A stretch of DNA of 64,000 nucleotides, from assembly GCA_964016885.1 (NCBI GenBank), contig OZ024752.1, forward strand, positions 48,112,001 to 48,176,000. The letters run 5' to 3'. A program made the translations under genes and the position numbers. The notes below the pieces were generated by a model. That model was not told where the DNA came from and did no database searches. It saw nothing but the letters and a program-made list of their open reading frames with translations. This DNA is from Eledone cirrhosa. Its lineage: Eukaryota. Positions 25,929 to 39,175 of this stretch are shown in pieces; the stretch's first letter is position 1, and the number at the start of each line of letters is the position of its first letter.

Positions 25929-26397
25929 TTCAGAACAATATTACAGCTGTTTCTCTAAAATGTTTTAATGTTTCAAACATGGTTTTATTTAAAAAAGAAA
26001 AAAATTTTATGTAATTTTCTTTTTTTTCTCCTGTCTTGTAAAGTAAATAAATAATTTTTTGCTGTTGCTGTTGTTGTTGTTGTTGTTGTTGTTGTTCTCA
26101 GACCAAACAAAGCAACATTCAAGTATGAGGCATGAAGAAGTAATATAAATTAGATTATGGTTTCTTTACACTGAAAGAAATGATTCATTTCAAGAATTTG
26201 ATGAATTTACAATTTGGACATCATCTGATTCCTTAGAAATTAACCCAGAAACATATCGGTTTCCTCATTCCCTCTTCCGGCCAGGCAGTTTCAATACGAC
26301 GGTTTAAGAAACAAAATGAAGCATAGATGTCAAAATCCTATTTTTACTGTATTTTGTGAAAATTCTATTATTATCATCTTTTATTATCATTATTATT

Positions 26398-27092
26398 CAG
26401 TAATGCACTGGATAATTGCTGGCCTTGTGCCTAAAGTAGAAACAATTATTATTAAAGCGGTGGATTGGCAGTATCGGTAAAGGGTCGGACACCATGCTTT
26501 GACGTATAGAGTTACGGCCCTTGCCATTCTGAGTTCAAATCCCGCCAAAGTTAACTTTGCCTTTCATCCTTACGGGGTCGATAAAATAAAGTACCAGTAA
26601 TACACAGGGGTTTAATTGCTGGCCTTGTGCCAAAAGTAAAAACAATTATTATTATCATTATTATTATTATTGTTGAGGGCAGTGGATTGGCAGTATCGGT
26701 AGAGAGTTGGACATCATGCTTTGTAGCATAGAGTTACGGCCCTTTACATTCTAAGTTCAAATCCCACTGAGGTCAGCTAAGCCTTTCATCCTTATGTAGT
26801 CGATAACATAAAGTACTAGTAATACACTGAGGTTGATTTAATCAACTTTCCCTTCTCCCCAAATCAGAAACCATTATTATTATTAGTAGTAGTAGTAGTA
26901 GGGCGGTGGATTGGCAGTATCAGTAGAGGGTCGGACGCCATGCTTTGACACATGGAGTTACGACCCTTGCCATTCTGAGTTCAAATCCCGCCGAGGTTAA
27001 CTTTGCCTTTTATCCTTACGGGGTCGATAAAATAAAGTACCAGTAATGCACTGGGATAATTGATGGCCTTGTGCCAAAAGTAGAAACAATTA
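26398..27092 (+). mobile_element. Cluster of three SINE family B copies plus a 3' fragment, head-to-tail
   Basis: Copies at ~26455-26648, 26677-26875 and 26901-27092: gcggtggattggcagtatc (A-box-like), gagttcaaatcc (B box), gcctttcatccttacggggtcgataaa domain, (ATT)n tails. Confidence 0.88.
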
Positions 27093-27287
27093 TCTTTGTA
27101 CAATTTAAATTCTTCTTTTACTAAAATTTTACAATACTGGTTATAAGATATTTGGAAAGGTTGTGCAGTACTTGAGATAGCTGAAGAAATCCACAGACCT
27201 CACATAGTCATCAAAGATTCAACATAGTGCTAGTAGGTGACAGAAAGAGACACATTAACATGGTAGATGTTTTGGTAATCTGTTGAC

Positions 27288-27552
27288 TTAATCCTTTTGA
27301 TACCAAACTGCCTGAAACCATCAGTACATTTATTTTAAAATGGGTTTTTTTAATATATTAATCTAAAAAAAAAACAACACCTTCCCTGATAATATTATGC
27401 AAGAACCTTTGTTAAGCTGTGTTCTATACATCAGTTAATAATGAGAAAGTTAGTTATATTAGCAATCTTCTCCAAATTCCTGATTATTTTCATAATCAAT
27501 TGAAAATCATAAGCAGTGTGTTTCAATAGAAATATGGTAATGAAAGAATTAA
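27288..27552 (+). mobile_element. Decayed piggyBac-like MITE
   Basis: ttaatccttttgatacc ... ggtaatgaaagaattaa: TTAA at both ends with degenerate TIRs. Confidence 0.55.
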
Positions 27553-27775
27553 TCAAGATGTTTAAAGAGGCTGCATTAGATTCATTTCACAAACTTCCAT
27601 TGTTAAAATACTAATAAATTTAGTGAGAACACAGGTGAGACACCAGAATAACAAAACTCATCATTTAGCCACAATAAACAGTATTATTAAACTCTACTTT
27701 GGTATTGAGTATTCATTATCACATCCAGCAAAGTCAAATTCACACACACACACACATATATATATGCATACACAC

Positions 27776-27807
<32 letters not shown>

Positions 27808-27815
27808 ACATATAG

Positions 27816-27847
<32 letters not shown>

Positions 27848-29734
27848 TATATTCTCTTTCACCAAAATAAAATATTCAATGTGAATTATTACACCTATAA
27901 TACTACCTAAAACAAATACAAACAGATATCCTGAAAAATTGATAGCCTATGATCGATGAGTTGCAGACATAATGATGGTGTTAATGAAGATAAAATAGCT
28001 ATATATGTTCATGTGTGTGTATATGAGTGTATAAAAGAGAAAGAGAGTGTGTGTGAGTGTGTGTGAACACATGTGCAGTTGTCATGGTAATAATGATATC
28101 ATCTGAATTGTACCAATAATTATATAAGCAGTAAATTACAAAACCAAAGACACAGGCAATATTGCCAACAACAGAAGATTCCAAAGAGAAACAAATGGAT
28201 ATCACACTACTTTAACAAAAGGAATATCATCCTTCAATCAACATGCCATTCACAGACTAGTGGTCACTGACTGGTCACTCAGAGCTTATCTCTGTTCCAC
28301 TACACCTAACCATACCCAATCCCTAATCGTCAGGGGATTTGTTCAATGAGAAATTCTTCATAATGATGTTTGCTTTTCCTCTGTAACTGTCGATTATCTT
28401 TCAAAGATTCTATGATAAGATAATATAAAGACATTCTGCAAGCCCTCTTTCAGCTAGAGATTACATTTTCATCTCTCTATTCATTACTTAGAGTGTATGA
28501 TGACCAGTTTTCTATAATTCCAAGCAGCTTATGTCTACTCTCCTTCAATAGGTTGCAGTAATCATTGTTGTTGTTTCAACTAGAATCTACAAGCAGGTTT
28601 ACATTTACAAATAAATATATATATACATCATCATCATTATTTTACATCTGCTCACCATGCTGGCATTTGTTGGATGGGTTGTCTATATCAGAGTCAGTTC
28701 ATATCTGGAGTTACTTCCCTCTAAATGGGTCAGAGGACGATGTCTTACTTGTACATTCCATTTGGGGCTTGGTTTCTATGGTTGAATGTCCTTACTAACA
28801 CCAACCTCCTTACAGAGATACAGAGTGTTGTAGGTGCACTTCAGCATAGCCCCAGCACTAAATAGATATCTATTCTCAGCAAGATTAAATTATCCTCTAA
28901 GTCCTACACAGAATGTTTGATCATTACCCACTTTTGTGTGTACTGGGTACATTTTATTACGGTACCAGCATTAGTGAAGTCATGAATTTTGCAAGACTAA
29001 ACAATATTCACTAATCAACACTAATTCAAGGTAAACATAGTGAATTTTTTTAGAAATTATTTATTTCAGAGTTTTCAACTAAAGAATCTAAACTATAATA
29101 AAGTAAGAAGCGCGGGACTGCGTACGGTTTATAATTTTTTATCCCATTAGTAAAATAAGTTGGATTACTTTGAATAAATAATGAATGAATATTACATAAT
29201 TTATCTACTAAATTTTGTGGCTGTTCATTAAATATATTTTATTATTTATTTAAAGATTCACTTCTTTAAAATTTTCAAATGTCGACAATTCCAGTGGTGA
29301 TCGCTTAAATAAACATATTAATTTTCTGTCACTAATTTTCTCTTAATGCAGTTTATATATAATATCATCTTTTTTTAATGTATCATGGATTACTTTACTG
29401 ATTACATAAGATAGTGTAACACAGTCTCTCTTCAATTTCTGTGTATATTGTCAATTACGATTTTATTTGACGTATCATATCTACATGTATATATACTTGC
29501 GTATAATATCAATAAACACACTGCACATGCTAGCAGAAAAACCACCCTTCAGGTGGTTTTTCTGCTAGTGTATATAAAGACAGGTGTATGTACATATTAA
29601 AAAAATAATAGAAATTGTAATCAAATAACATGAAAATAAATAAAACTATAGTATTATTTAAGATGCAAATGTTTAGTAAACTAAGAGAGAATATATGACA
29701 AAATAAGATCAGCTCCAAACAGCTGAGACAATAT

Positions 29735-30065
29735 AGTCACCATTCCTTCTGCCATATATATTAACAAAGTCTGAATTCTTAAGAAAGAAGATGAAAATAG
29801 ACTACACACTTTTGAGGTGTAATGCCCGAGGTCTATAGCAAGAGTAATGCCAAAAGACAGAAAGATAATGGCATAGATAGAGACAAGCTGGGAGCCAATA
29901 TTTCAATTATCCATGTTATCCAGATCTACCAACTACAATAGTTTGGCCACATCATTCACTAAGCAGAGATACATCTATAGTGAAGCAAATATTCAAGGAA
30001 GACTTCCAAGACCTGAGTAAAAGAGGCAGATTATTGAAGAGATGCCAAGACAATATCTGGGAGGA
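29735..30065 (+). pseudogene. RTE-clade LINE reverse transcriptase C-terminal remnant
   Basis: Conceptual translation IPSAIY..*ILKKEDENRLHTFEV*CPRSI..KDR, then after a frameshift ..QLQ*FGHII. Resembles the RTE Y.E.W...FE..CLR.I and L.WFGHI motifs; contains stops and frameshifts. Confidence 0.7.
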
Positions 30066-30287
30066 GTTGAAACTGATAGTTTTGATGTGCAAATGAATGG
30101 TATAAAATTAGATCCAAGGGAGGTAGTGTTAACATACTAGTAGTCAGTAAATCATTTGAATAGCTCTACATAAATCAAATTATCATGAATCAGGTGGTGC
30201 TGGAGAAGCTATATAAATGTCCACTTAATGGAAGAAAGTCAAAGTAACAAACAAGCAGCGGAATTTTCTTTTGGTTCCTATATATTT

Positions 30288-30450
30288 AGGTACAAGCATA
30301 GCTGTGTGGTTAAGAAGTTTGTTTTGTAACCACATGGTTTCAGGTTTAATTCCAATACATGGCACTTTCGACAAGTGCTTTCTACTATAGCCACAGACCA
30401 AGTAATATCTTGTAAGTAAATTTGATAGGCAGAAACTGTGACAAAGCTAA
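30288..30450 (+). mobile_element. tRNA-derived SINE family C (old)
   Basis: agctgtgtggttaagaag...aaccacatggtttcaggtttaattcc...caagtgctttctactatagcc; homologous to minus-strand copies at 31293, 33685 and 60705. Confidence 0.7.
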
Positions 30451-30559
30451 ATAAGAAACTGGTTTACATAACGTGGAAGAAGCTGAAAGGAAAAGGTTTG
30501 CCATATGTGGATCAGCGGTAATATAAATTAGATTATGTTCTGGAATATAAAGTAATATA

Positions 30560-30895
30560 TCAGTGTATAAAATGGTATGTTTCTTGATAGTGAAGCATAA
30601 ATATTGAATGCAGGACAAGAGCTAATGTTAGAAAGGAGTAAAGTGAGCATGCTCCATTGGATGTGTAATGTTAGTGTGTATAAACGACAGATCACATCAC
30701 ATACGAGCAAAGGAAAAAAAAAAAAGAATCGGGCATAAGAAAAATCAGATTCAGTGTACAAGAGAGAAGATTGCAATGGAAGAAACATTGAAGGAGATGA
30801 CAAGTGATTACTACAAGTGGTGAGACAAGCTATTCAACGTATGCAAACATAGAAAAACAGATGTAAATAATGGTGACGACAATGATGGTGATGTA
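30560..30895 (+). pseudogene. RTE LINE 3' remnant
   Basis: Translation ..DSEA*..LERSKVSMLHWMCNVSV..; ends in atgcaaacatagaaaaacagatgtaaa followed by degenerate (tga)n, like the SINE A tail. Confidence 0.65.
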
Positions 30896-31292
30896 CAATA
30901 AAGAAGGTAATCAGTTAACCTAATTTAGGCAAGATATTTCAGCTTTTGAGCAAACGTTTAAGTTCTGTCCAATTATTTCAGTTTCAATTTGCTTCTCTTT
31001 TCTGATATCTGTGAGCAATTTGTTTTTAAGAAAATCTGTTTAAATATTGATACAGCAGATAACTAATTTGTTCTTTGTTTATTTTTTATATTGCCTAATT
31101 GAGAACTTTTACTGACAAATATTGATCACTTTAATATCATGACTATAATATTAAAATAATAAGTGCTGTTACATTAGTGTACACAATAATAAAATGATTA
31201 AGAAACTAACTACATTAGTCAACATACTAACTAATTATTAAGATACCGGCCTTTCAATATAAAGATTACAGTTATACCATAATAATTCCAAT

Positions 31293-31670
31293 GATTTCCC
31301 TTGACCAAATTCCACTCACAAGGCATTGTTTAACCCTTTAGCATTCATATTACTCTATATATATATACTATTGTATTTACTATTATATTTTCATGGTAAA
31401 GGCTTCATCTCACATAATATTGAAATTATGAGAATTTGATATTATTTATTTTGAGAAAAATACCTTAACATCAGTATGAGTGGCTGGTTACAGCCGGTTT
31501 GAACAGAAAGAGGTAAGAGAATTCTGGCCACATATGGCTGGTTTAAATGCTAAAGGGTTAACCCATGGTTATATTTGGAAACTTATCCATGGGGTCACAC
31601 AGTGAGACCGAACCAGAAACCATGTGGTTTCAAAGTGAACTTCTTAACCACATGCAGCCATGCTTGCACC
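31293..31670 (-). mobile_element. SINE family C interrupted by a piggyBac-like MITE
   Basis: ccaaattccactcacaaggc on the left; aaccatgtgg...cttcttaaccac..gccatgcttgcacc on the right. Confidence 0.65.
31334..31557. mobile_element. piggyBac-like MITE
   Basis: TTAA|ccctttagcatt ... aatgctaaaggg|TTAA: perfect 12-bp TIR and TTAA target-site duplication. Confidence 0.85.
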
Positions 31671-32501
31671 TTACATATACATACATAAGTATATATGTAT
31701 ATACTTATGTATGTATATATATAGGTGTATATGTATACATGCATGTGTGTACATATACATATGTGTATGTGGAGAGAGAGCAGTAGATAGATATGCATAT
31801 ACAATCCTTTACATGTAATATTTCCTGTCCATGTAACCGCCTTAATCCCACAAATTGTCTATTAAAAAAAAATCTCATGTTTCAAAATCAATAGTTTACT
31901 GCGTAAAAGTATTTACAGCTCACAATTCTGTATTCAATGATTAGATTGGGTTAACTGAAAATTAATTTAAATGCTGATTTAATAAGCGTCTGTATTCCTT
32001 CAAAAATCCATAAAGATCTCTGGAGACTAGTTTGTCAAAATACATATGGTTTCTGAAAAATAATAATGTTAAGTACTATAAGATTGTCTGGAATATATTA
32101 CAACATGCCAAATTTTATAAACAAGGTAATGATGGTTGTGACCTTTGGTTCTCACAAAAAAAGCAACATAAAATGAATATGCTGCTTTATATAGGTTTTA
32201 TCTTGAAAAATCTTTCATAATTGATACATCGTTGTCATCATAAATCAAAATATTTGTTAAAATATTTCTAATTACCTAACAGCTAAAAACTATATAGTCC
32301 TATAATATATTTCTTTAGATAGAGTGAATAAAGTATTCATTATTTTTTTGTTGCTGTATATATTGAAAAGAGAAGGAAATGTGTAAATGGTAGAAAACCT
32401 TATGTAATAAATTTTAGATTATATCAAATAGCTTTTTATTGTTAACCTGTTTATTCAATGTCTTTATACACACCTACACACACATATATATACTGGAATT
32501 G

Positions 32502-32543
<42 letters not shown>

Positions 32544-32630
32544 TGGAATTGAACTATATATATATATATATATATATACTGGAATTGAACTATCAAAACA
32601 GTTGAGGTATGTCATACATCAATTCATGTA

Positions 32631-32692
32631 TTTTATCTGACGAGGACATACTGAAATAACAGCACAGTACCTTCGAAATATAATTAATAAAA
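32631..32692 (+). ncRNA. Minimal type I hammerhead ribozyme in a (TA)n-flanked element (~32580-32833)
   Basis: ttttat-CTGACGA-gga..tactg..cagta..ttc-GAA-A tataat T-A-ataaaa; tail hairpin 32747-32771. Confidence 0.65.
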
Positions 32693-33048
32693 CATATATT
32701 TTGATGATGTGAAGGTCTTCATTTATTATTATTCTGAATAATAATAACTCCAGAAAACTTCATTGTAGAGTGCTTTTAATCTATTGTAAAACTATATTCA
32801 TTGAGTAATCAATGAACTATATTAATCTTTGGTTATATATATATATATATATACACATACATACATACACTATCATCATCACCATTTTATTTCTTTTTTC
32901 CATGTCAGCATGAGTTGGACAAGTTGACACTCGGAAATTTGACAGTTCAGATAACGAGGTTGTGCCTATACATTTTATTTCAGTAGGCTTTTTATAGCTG
33001 GATGCCCTTCCTAATACTAACCACTTCACAGAATGGACATTGAATACA

Positions 33049-33099
<51 letters not shown>

Positions 33100-33173
33100 C
33101 CAGGAGACTCCAACCGTGAAGGTTGCATTTTTCAGGGTATGTCAATATTTATTTATAAAACTAATCTATATTA

Positions 33174-33239
33174 TATTTTATCTGATGAAAGTGCACCATA
33201 ATCTGTCTTGGTGGCCCTTGAAATATGTATAATGAAATA
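33174..33239 (+). ncRNA. Minimal type I hammerhead ribozyme in a (TA)n-flanked element (~33100-33373)
   Basis: tattttat-CTGATGA-aag..cacca..tggtg..ctt-GAA-A tatgta T-A-atgaaata; tail hairpin 33289-33309. Confidence 0.72.
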
Positions 33240-33370
33240 AATATGGTTTTATAAATATAGTTTCCATTTGTTAATATATTGTATATTTACTCCAATTAAT
33301 TTGTTGAGTGCTTTATATCAGTTATAAAAATATTTTGCTTGTTGTATCCCAACAAATTAAATATAACCTC

Positions 33371-33410
<40 letters not shown>

Positions 33411-33449
33411 GTATATATTAGGTTAACGCTTGATATAGCAGGAAGAGGG

Positions 33450-33485
33450 TCTTAACGTTTTGGACACTAGTCCTTCATCAGAAGA
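33450..33485 (-). ncRNA. Mutated minimal HHR (G12>A)
   Basis: tctt-CTGATGA-a gga ctagtg tcc-AAAA-cg-TT-aaga; downstream flank shared with a fragment at ~60657-60682. Confidence 0.45.
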
Positions 33486-33684
33486 AAGAATGAGAAATAA
33501 AATAGATTAAGGGGACGGGCGGGATGGAATTGGAAAAAATGTCTTTAGATAAAAATAATAGGTCCATTCATGTTGACAAATATATATATATATATACACA
33601 CACATTCATACATACACGCACTCTTATACAAGGGTGTTGTTAAACTGGGTAACAGATTAAATTGGCAATCAAAGCACAGGAGCT

Positions 33685-33928
33685 GTTTCTTCAATAAGTT
33701 TCTCCACCGTTGTGTTAACCAAATTTCACTCAGAAAGCCTTGTATAATTGTTTCTACTTTAGGCACAAGGCCAGCAATTACCCAGTTCATTACTGGTACT
33801 TTATTTTATCGACCCCGTAAGGATGGTGCGGCTATATTTCATGATACTTGCTCATGATGTCACACTGAGATCGAACCTGAAACCACATACTTATAGAGTG
33901 ATCGCCTTAAACATAAAGCCATGCCTAT
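33685..33928 (-). mobile_element. SINE family C interrupted by a 5'-truncated SINE B (33744-33825)
   Basis: ccaaatttcactcagaaagccttg | SINE B 3' half | ..gatcgaacctgaaaccac..gccatgcc. Confidence 0.65.
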
Positions 33929-35151
33929 GATCATAATGAATAAATATAAAGAAAATATGTTAAGTAAAAGCTCACTTGTTGACTGAAAATTACGTTAGTT
34001 TATATTGTTTACAAATATAAAGTTTGTTTCTCATTTCCAAAACTAGCCAAGCTTTTCTCTTTAGAATGTGAAAATGAATATTTTGTGATGAAAAATACAA
34101 AAATACCCAACATATCAATTTTCATGTTGTTAAATCGTTTTTTGAACAAGGTGAAATGAATGTGTTTGGACAGATGGTTTTAAATAGTTGCTGTCCAAAC
34201 CCAAAATAGACAAAGCCTAACAAAGTGTTAGCCTTTTGTTTTTGTTTTTAAACACATCAAACCAATGTGAGCAATTATGTGTACATTTGTGTGCAACCAT
34301 ACAAATAGTTGTTAGTTCGGGGAAGGGCGAGTGAAGTGGTGCATCTGTATGTCAGTGCAGGTATGTGTAGGTAGGAAAGAATAGGTAGGGTAATGTGAAT
34401 GTGTAAGCGTGTATGCAAACTTTTATATGTTTGTGCATCTATCACTGCACACACAAACACTGTGTATATTTGTGTATGAGTATGTAACAGTATATGAGTT
34501 CATGACTGCATTGTTTTAACACATGATGAGTGTATGCGTGCATATGTATTTGAATAGAGACCTGTGTTAATGCGGGTTTGTGAGTGCATGTCTCATTCAA
34601 GAGAGTCGTGGTTTGCGTTTCGTTTCGGTTTTTTTTTTTGTGTGTTTTTTTTTGTGTTTTTTTTTCCCCTCTTAACAAATCCTAATTTTAAATAACATTT
34701 TTTTTTTTTTTTAATTGTGAAAGCAAAAAAAAAAACAAAACAAAAAAATGAAATAAAATAAAACAAAAATAAAGAATAAAAATCAAATAAAACACACACG
34801 AAACCTTTTTTACATCATGCAAAATTTTAATGCATACAACTGTATCATTGCATGTGTATATATCCAGATCTGAAGAAATTTTTCTATATTTTATTTTTTT
34901 TACATCATCACCATCATCATCATCATAACGACTATCATGATAGTTGTTGTCATTGCTAAAGTATTCTTCTTAACACTGAATAACAATTGTATGTGAAATA
35001 ACTTGCTATTATTACAAAGCCGGTTGATGAGATAATAACATAAAGAACTTAATGAAGCTTCTAGAACTGAAGGGGAAACAAACTAAGACAGTCTGTAGCA
35101 TTAGGGATTGCACTGACTTCTTTGTATGTTATTAAAATGGTTGGTCAAATT

Positions 35152-35155
<4 letters not shown>

Positions 35156-35204
<49 letters not shown>

Positions 35205-35343
35205 CATACGTATATACATACACATATATATACATATCTATATAGATATATATATACATAAAAATATGTATACATATATACACATATACATAAATATATA
35301 TACATATACATAAATATATATACATATACATATATATATATAT

Positions 35344-35389
<46 letters not shown>

Positions 35390-35403
35390 TTATACATATA
35401 TAC

Positions 35404-35460
<57 letters not shown>

Positions 35461-35713
35461 CATATATACATATATATATATATATACATATATATACATA
35501 TATACATATATACATATATATATATATACATATATATACATATATATATATATACATATATACATATATATACATATATACATATATATACATATACATA
35601 TATACATATACATATATATATATATATATATACATATATATATACATATATACATATACATATATATATATACAAATACATATATATATATACATATACA
35701 TATATACATATAC

Positions 35714-35747
<34 letters not shown>

Positions 35748-35877
35748 ATATATACATATACATATACATATACATATATATACATATACATATATATACA
35801 TATACATATATATACATATACATATACATATATATATACATATACATATATATATACATATACGTATATATATATAC

Positions 35878-35916
<39 letters not shown>

Positions 35917-35947
35917 TATATATATATACACATATATATATATACAC

Positions 35948-35986
<39 letters not shown>

Positions 35987-36006
35987 TATATATATAGTAT
36001 ACACAC

Positions 36007-36037
<31 letters not shown>

Positions 36038-36050
36038 TCTATATATATAT
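35156..36050. repeat. (TA)n/(TACATA)n microsatellite
   Basis: Direct reading. Confidence 0.95.
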
Positions 36051-37053
36051 GAAATCAATAATAAATAAAAGTAAACAAACAAACAAATACAATAAAGTTT
36101 CTTTTAGCTGGATATCATCACCAACGAAATACAATAACAATAAAATAAATAAACACACACATACACACACAAAACAAACACAAAAAAAAAAGTCTACAAT
36201 ACACGAAGATAGATAATCCAAACCCGATTTTACGCATGCAGGATCAGAAATTACCAGAATGATAATTTTACTATCTTGACTAAATGGCATTTTCATATGG
36301 GATACATAATAGGATCATTTTCCTCTGGTAATTTTCGAAAGCTTAAGGGGCCATCCACAAGTTCCGTTTATCGTAGAGTGAAATCAATGGAAAAAGTCCT
36401 TAAATAAAGCCTTCGGCATTAATTTAGAGTCTATTAGACAAGTTATCTGTTTATATTAATCTTTTATGGCAAAAATTGACCCAGCAAGATGATTCTAGGG
36501 GCATAGATCATAGATAGAATTAAGAAATAAAATAATAAATAAAATAAAATAAAATAAAATAAAATAAAATAAAATAACAAAAAAATAAAATAAAATAACC
36601 AAATATAATACAAAAATAATATAAAATGAAAATGATAGCGATGGGTAGATGGACGGTGTAAGGGGTATGTTTGGTGTGTTGTAGAAATGACTGATTAATA
36701 CAAAAGATTATTATATAAATAGAAAAGAATGTAGTATAAGATGAGATGGTGGCTTCACAGCTATTCCACCTCTTTCACGATTCAGATAAACTTTTCTTTG
36801 ATTTCTCCCTCTTCTTCCTCCCTCCCCCTCTCTCTCTCTCTGTCTCTCTAACTCTCTGCCATATATCTATCCTTTCTAGTCATTTATTTATTCCTCTCTC
36901 CTCTAAATAATCTTCTTTTTCTTTTCGAACACCACAACAACACCCCCCCCCCCAAATATCTTATACCTTGTTCTTTCTGCATATTGTTGTTCTTTTTTTT
37001 TTTGTTGTTGTTTCGTTGTCACGATATTTCGTGTGTCTTGTAATTTATCTATG

Positions 37054-37090
<37 letters not shown>

Positions 37091-38208
37091 GGATATATAT
37101 ATATATATATATATATGTCACTTCTTTCAATCACCCTCATACCTTGTCTACCTCATAATCTCTCTCTCTCTCTCTCTCTCGCTATCTATCTCTCTATCTC
37201 TCTATCTCTATCCCCCCACACACTTTTCTAAGCCTCTACCTGTCAATCTCTTTTCTTCCGGCTTCTTAAATCTTTATTTCTTTTACCCTCTCTTTACCAC
37301 CTCTTCCCCCTCCCCCTGTAGCTTTTATTACTTAATCTTTCACATTTTTCTTTCCCTCTGGTAATACATAACTGAATCCTCTTTCTCTTTTCCCCATACT
37401 TATTCTCTCTCTCTCTCTCTCTCTCTTCTCTGCTCACATTCAGTCAACAATACATCTGTCCATCTAAATCCATCCTATAAACTTACTGACCATCCATCCA
37501 TCCATCCATCCAAACATCCATCCCCACAACTTTCACATGCACCTATCAATTCAGCCATCCCAACCAACCAACCAGCCAACCATCCATCTATTCATCCAGT
37601 TATCCGTCCATCCATCCATCCATCCAACCAACCAATCAACCATCCATCTATTCATCCAGTTATCCACATATCCATCCATCCATCCATCCTTCCTCATGTT
37701 CAGCCATCAGAATCCATCCCAGTGTCACCCACTCCTCCCCCCCCCCCCCCCCCCCCCCCCCCAGTCACCCAGTCACCACTCATATAACTCAACTCATGGG
37801 AATTAGTAAATGATTGACTAGGTTTATATTAGTGAGTTAGAAGTATGCAATAAAAATAACCATGCTGGAAGGGCTTTTATGAACCGGGAATCCCTAATTG
37901 ATACTGTGAAAGACTTCTAATAGCAATCGTGCAAGAATTCAAACAGGCCAAGCCGGAAGATTTCCCACTTCTTGAAAGCCTAACATGGACTCCAATATGT
38001 TGATGACACCATTTTAATACTATTAACCAATCTCACCAATCAATTTGTCTGTATGATGAGGTTTTGAAGCATTATTAAGCAGAAGCATTCTTCTTGCTTT
38101 TGATACTTTTAATAAATTTGAAAACTAGTGAAAGCAAATTGGCAGAAATGATATAGTGCTTTAAATTATGTATTTCTTTCTTTTAAGACCAGCAAATAAA
38201 ATAAATAC

Positions 38209-38239
<31 letters not shown>

Positions 38240-38245
<6 letters not shown>

Positions 38246-38660
38246 AGACAGAGAGGGGGGGGGGACAGAGAGAGAGAGACGGAGAGAGGGGGGCAGAGAG
38301 AGAGAAAGAGAGAGAGGGGGAGACAGAGAGAGAGAGGGGGCATAGAGAGACAGAGAGAGGGGGAGACAGAGAGAGAGAGGGAGAGAGAGAGATAGAAGGG
38401 GGAGAGAGAGAGATAGAAGGGGGAGAGAGAGAGAGAGCGAGAGAGGGGGGTGAGAGTGAGAGAGAGGGGGAGTGAGAGAGAGAGGGGGAGCGAGAGAGAG
38501 AGATAGAAGGGGGAGACAGAGAGAGAGAGAGAGGGGGGTGAGAGAGAGACAGAGAGAGAGAGGGAGGGAGAGGGAGAGATAGAGAGATAGAAGGGGGAGA
38601 CAGAGAGAGAGAGAGCGAGCGAGAGAGAGAGAGTGCGAGAGAGGGAGAGAGGGGAGGAGT
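38240..38660. repeat. GA-rich polypurine tract
   Basis: Direct reading. Confidence 0.92.
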
Positions 38661-39033
38661 TAATTCAATCACATATATTCTTCCCTTACAAAATTGCGAG
38701 ACTTGTGACTTAACAGAAGAAATCAATAAACCTGAAACCTTAAATCCATTATGTGCAACCATCAGCAACACAACCTCTTATGCCCACTTTCCATGCTAGC
38801 ATGGGCTGGAAGATACTTTTTGAGGCAGTATCTTCGGGACAGATGCCAATACTGGTGGTAAGTCTTATTTATTAAAGTACTTACTTCACTGATTGTCACC
38901 CAGTAAACTACTAAACTTAGGGACATAAACAAACAGCAGTTGTTTTTGAAGTGGTGTTAACAACAAGACATACATGGAAACAAACATGCAGATACACACA
39001 CTAACACACGCACACACAAATATATATGTGTAT

Positions 39034-39175
39034 CCTGGATTCAATCGGGGGTAACCACAGTAAGTTAGGTATTCAATACATAGAGTATATAATATATAAG
39101 GGCTTTCCTGGTGATTTCCTTCGAATGAAACAGTTCTAGTCCTGTAGAAGCCATTTCTATATTAAACATTATATA
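39034..39175. mobile_element. H1 family rearranged copy (tail on minus strand, HHR with CTGGTGA core on plus strand)
   Basis: gaatgaaacagttctagtcctgtagaagcc and gggggtaaccacagtaag match H1. Confidence 0.7.

Noticed and set aside
26100-26310. Possible terminal exon (..FQEFDEFTIWTSSDSLEINPETYRF..)
   Set aside because: In-frame stops lie between the candidate acceptor and the open stretch; no recognisable family. Cannot be fully excluded without RNA-seq.
28200-28560. Possible decayed LINE on the minus strand
   Set aside because: Too degenerate to recover diagnostic motifs by eye.
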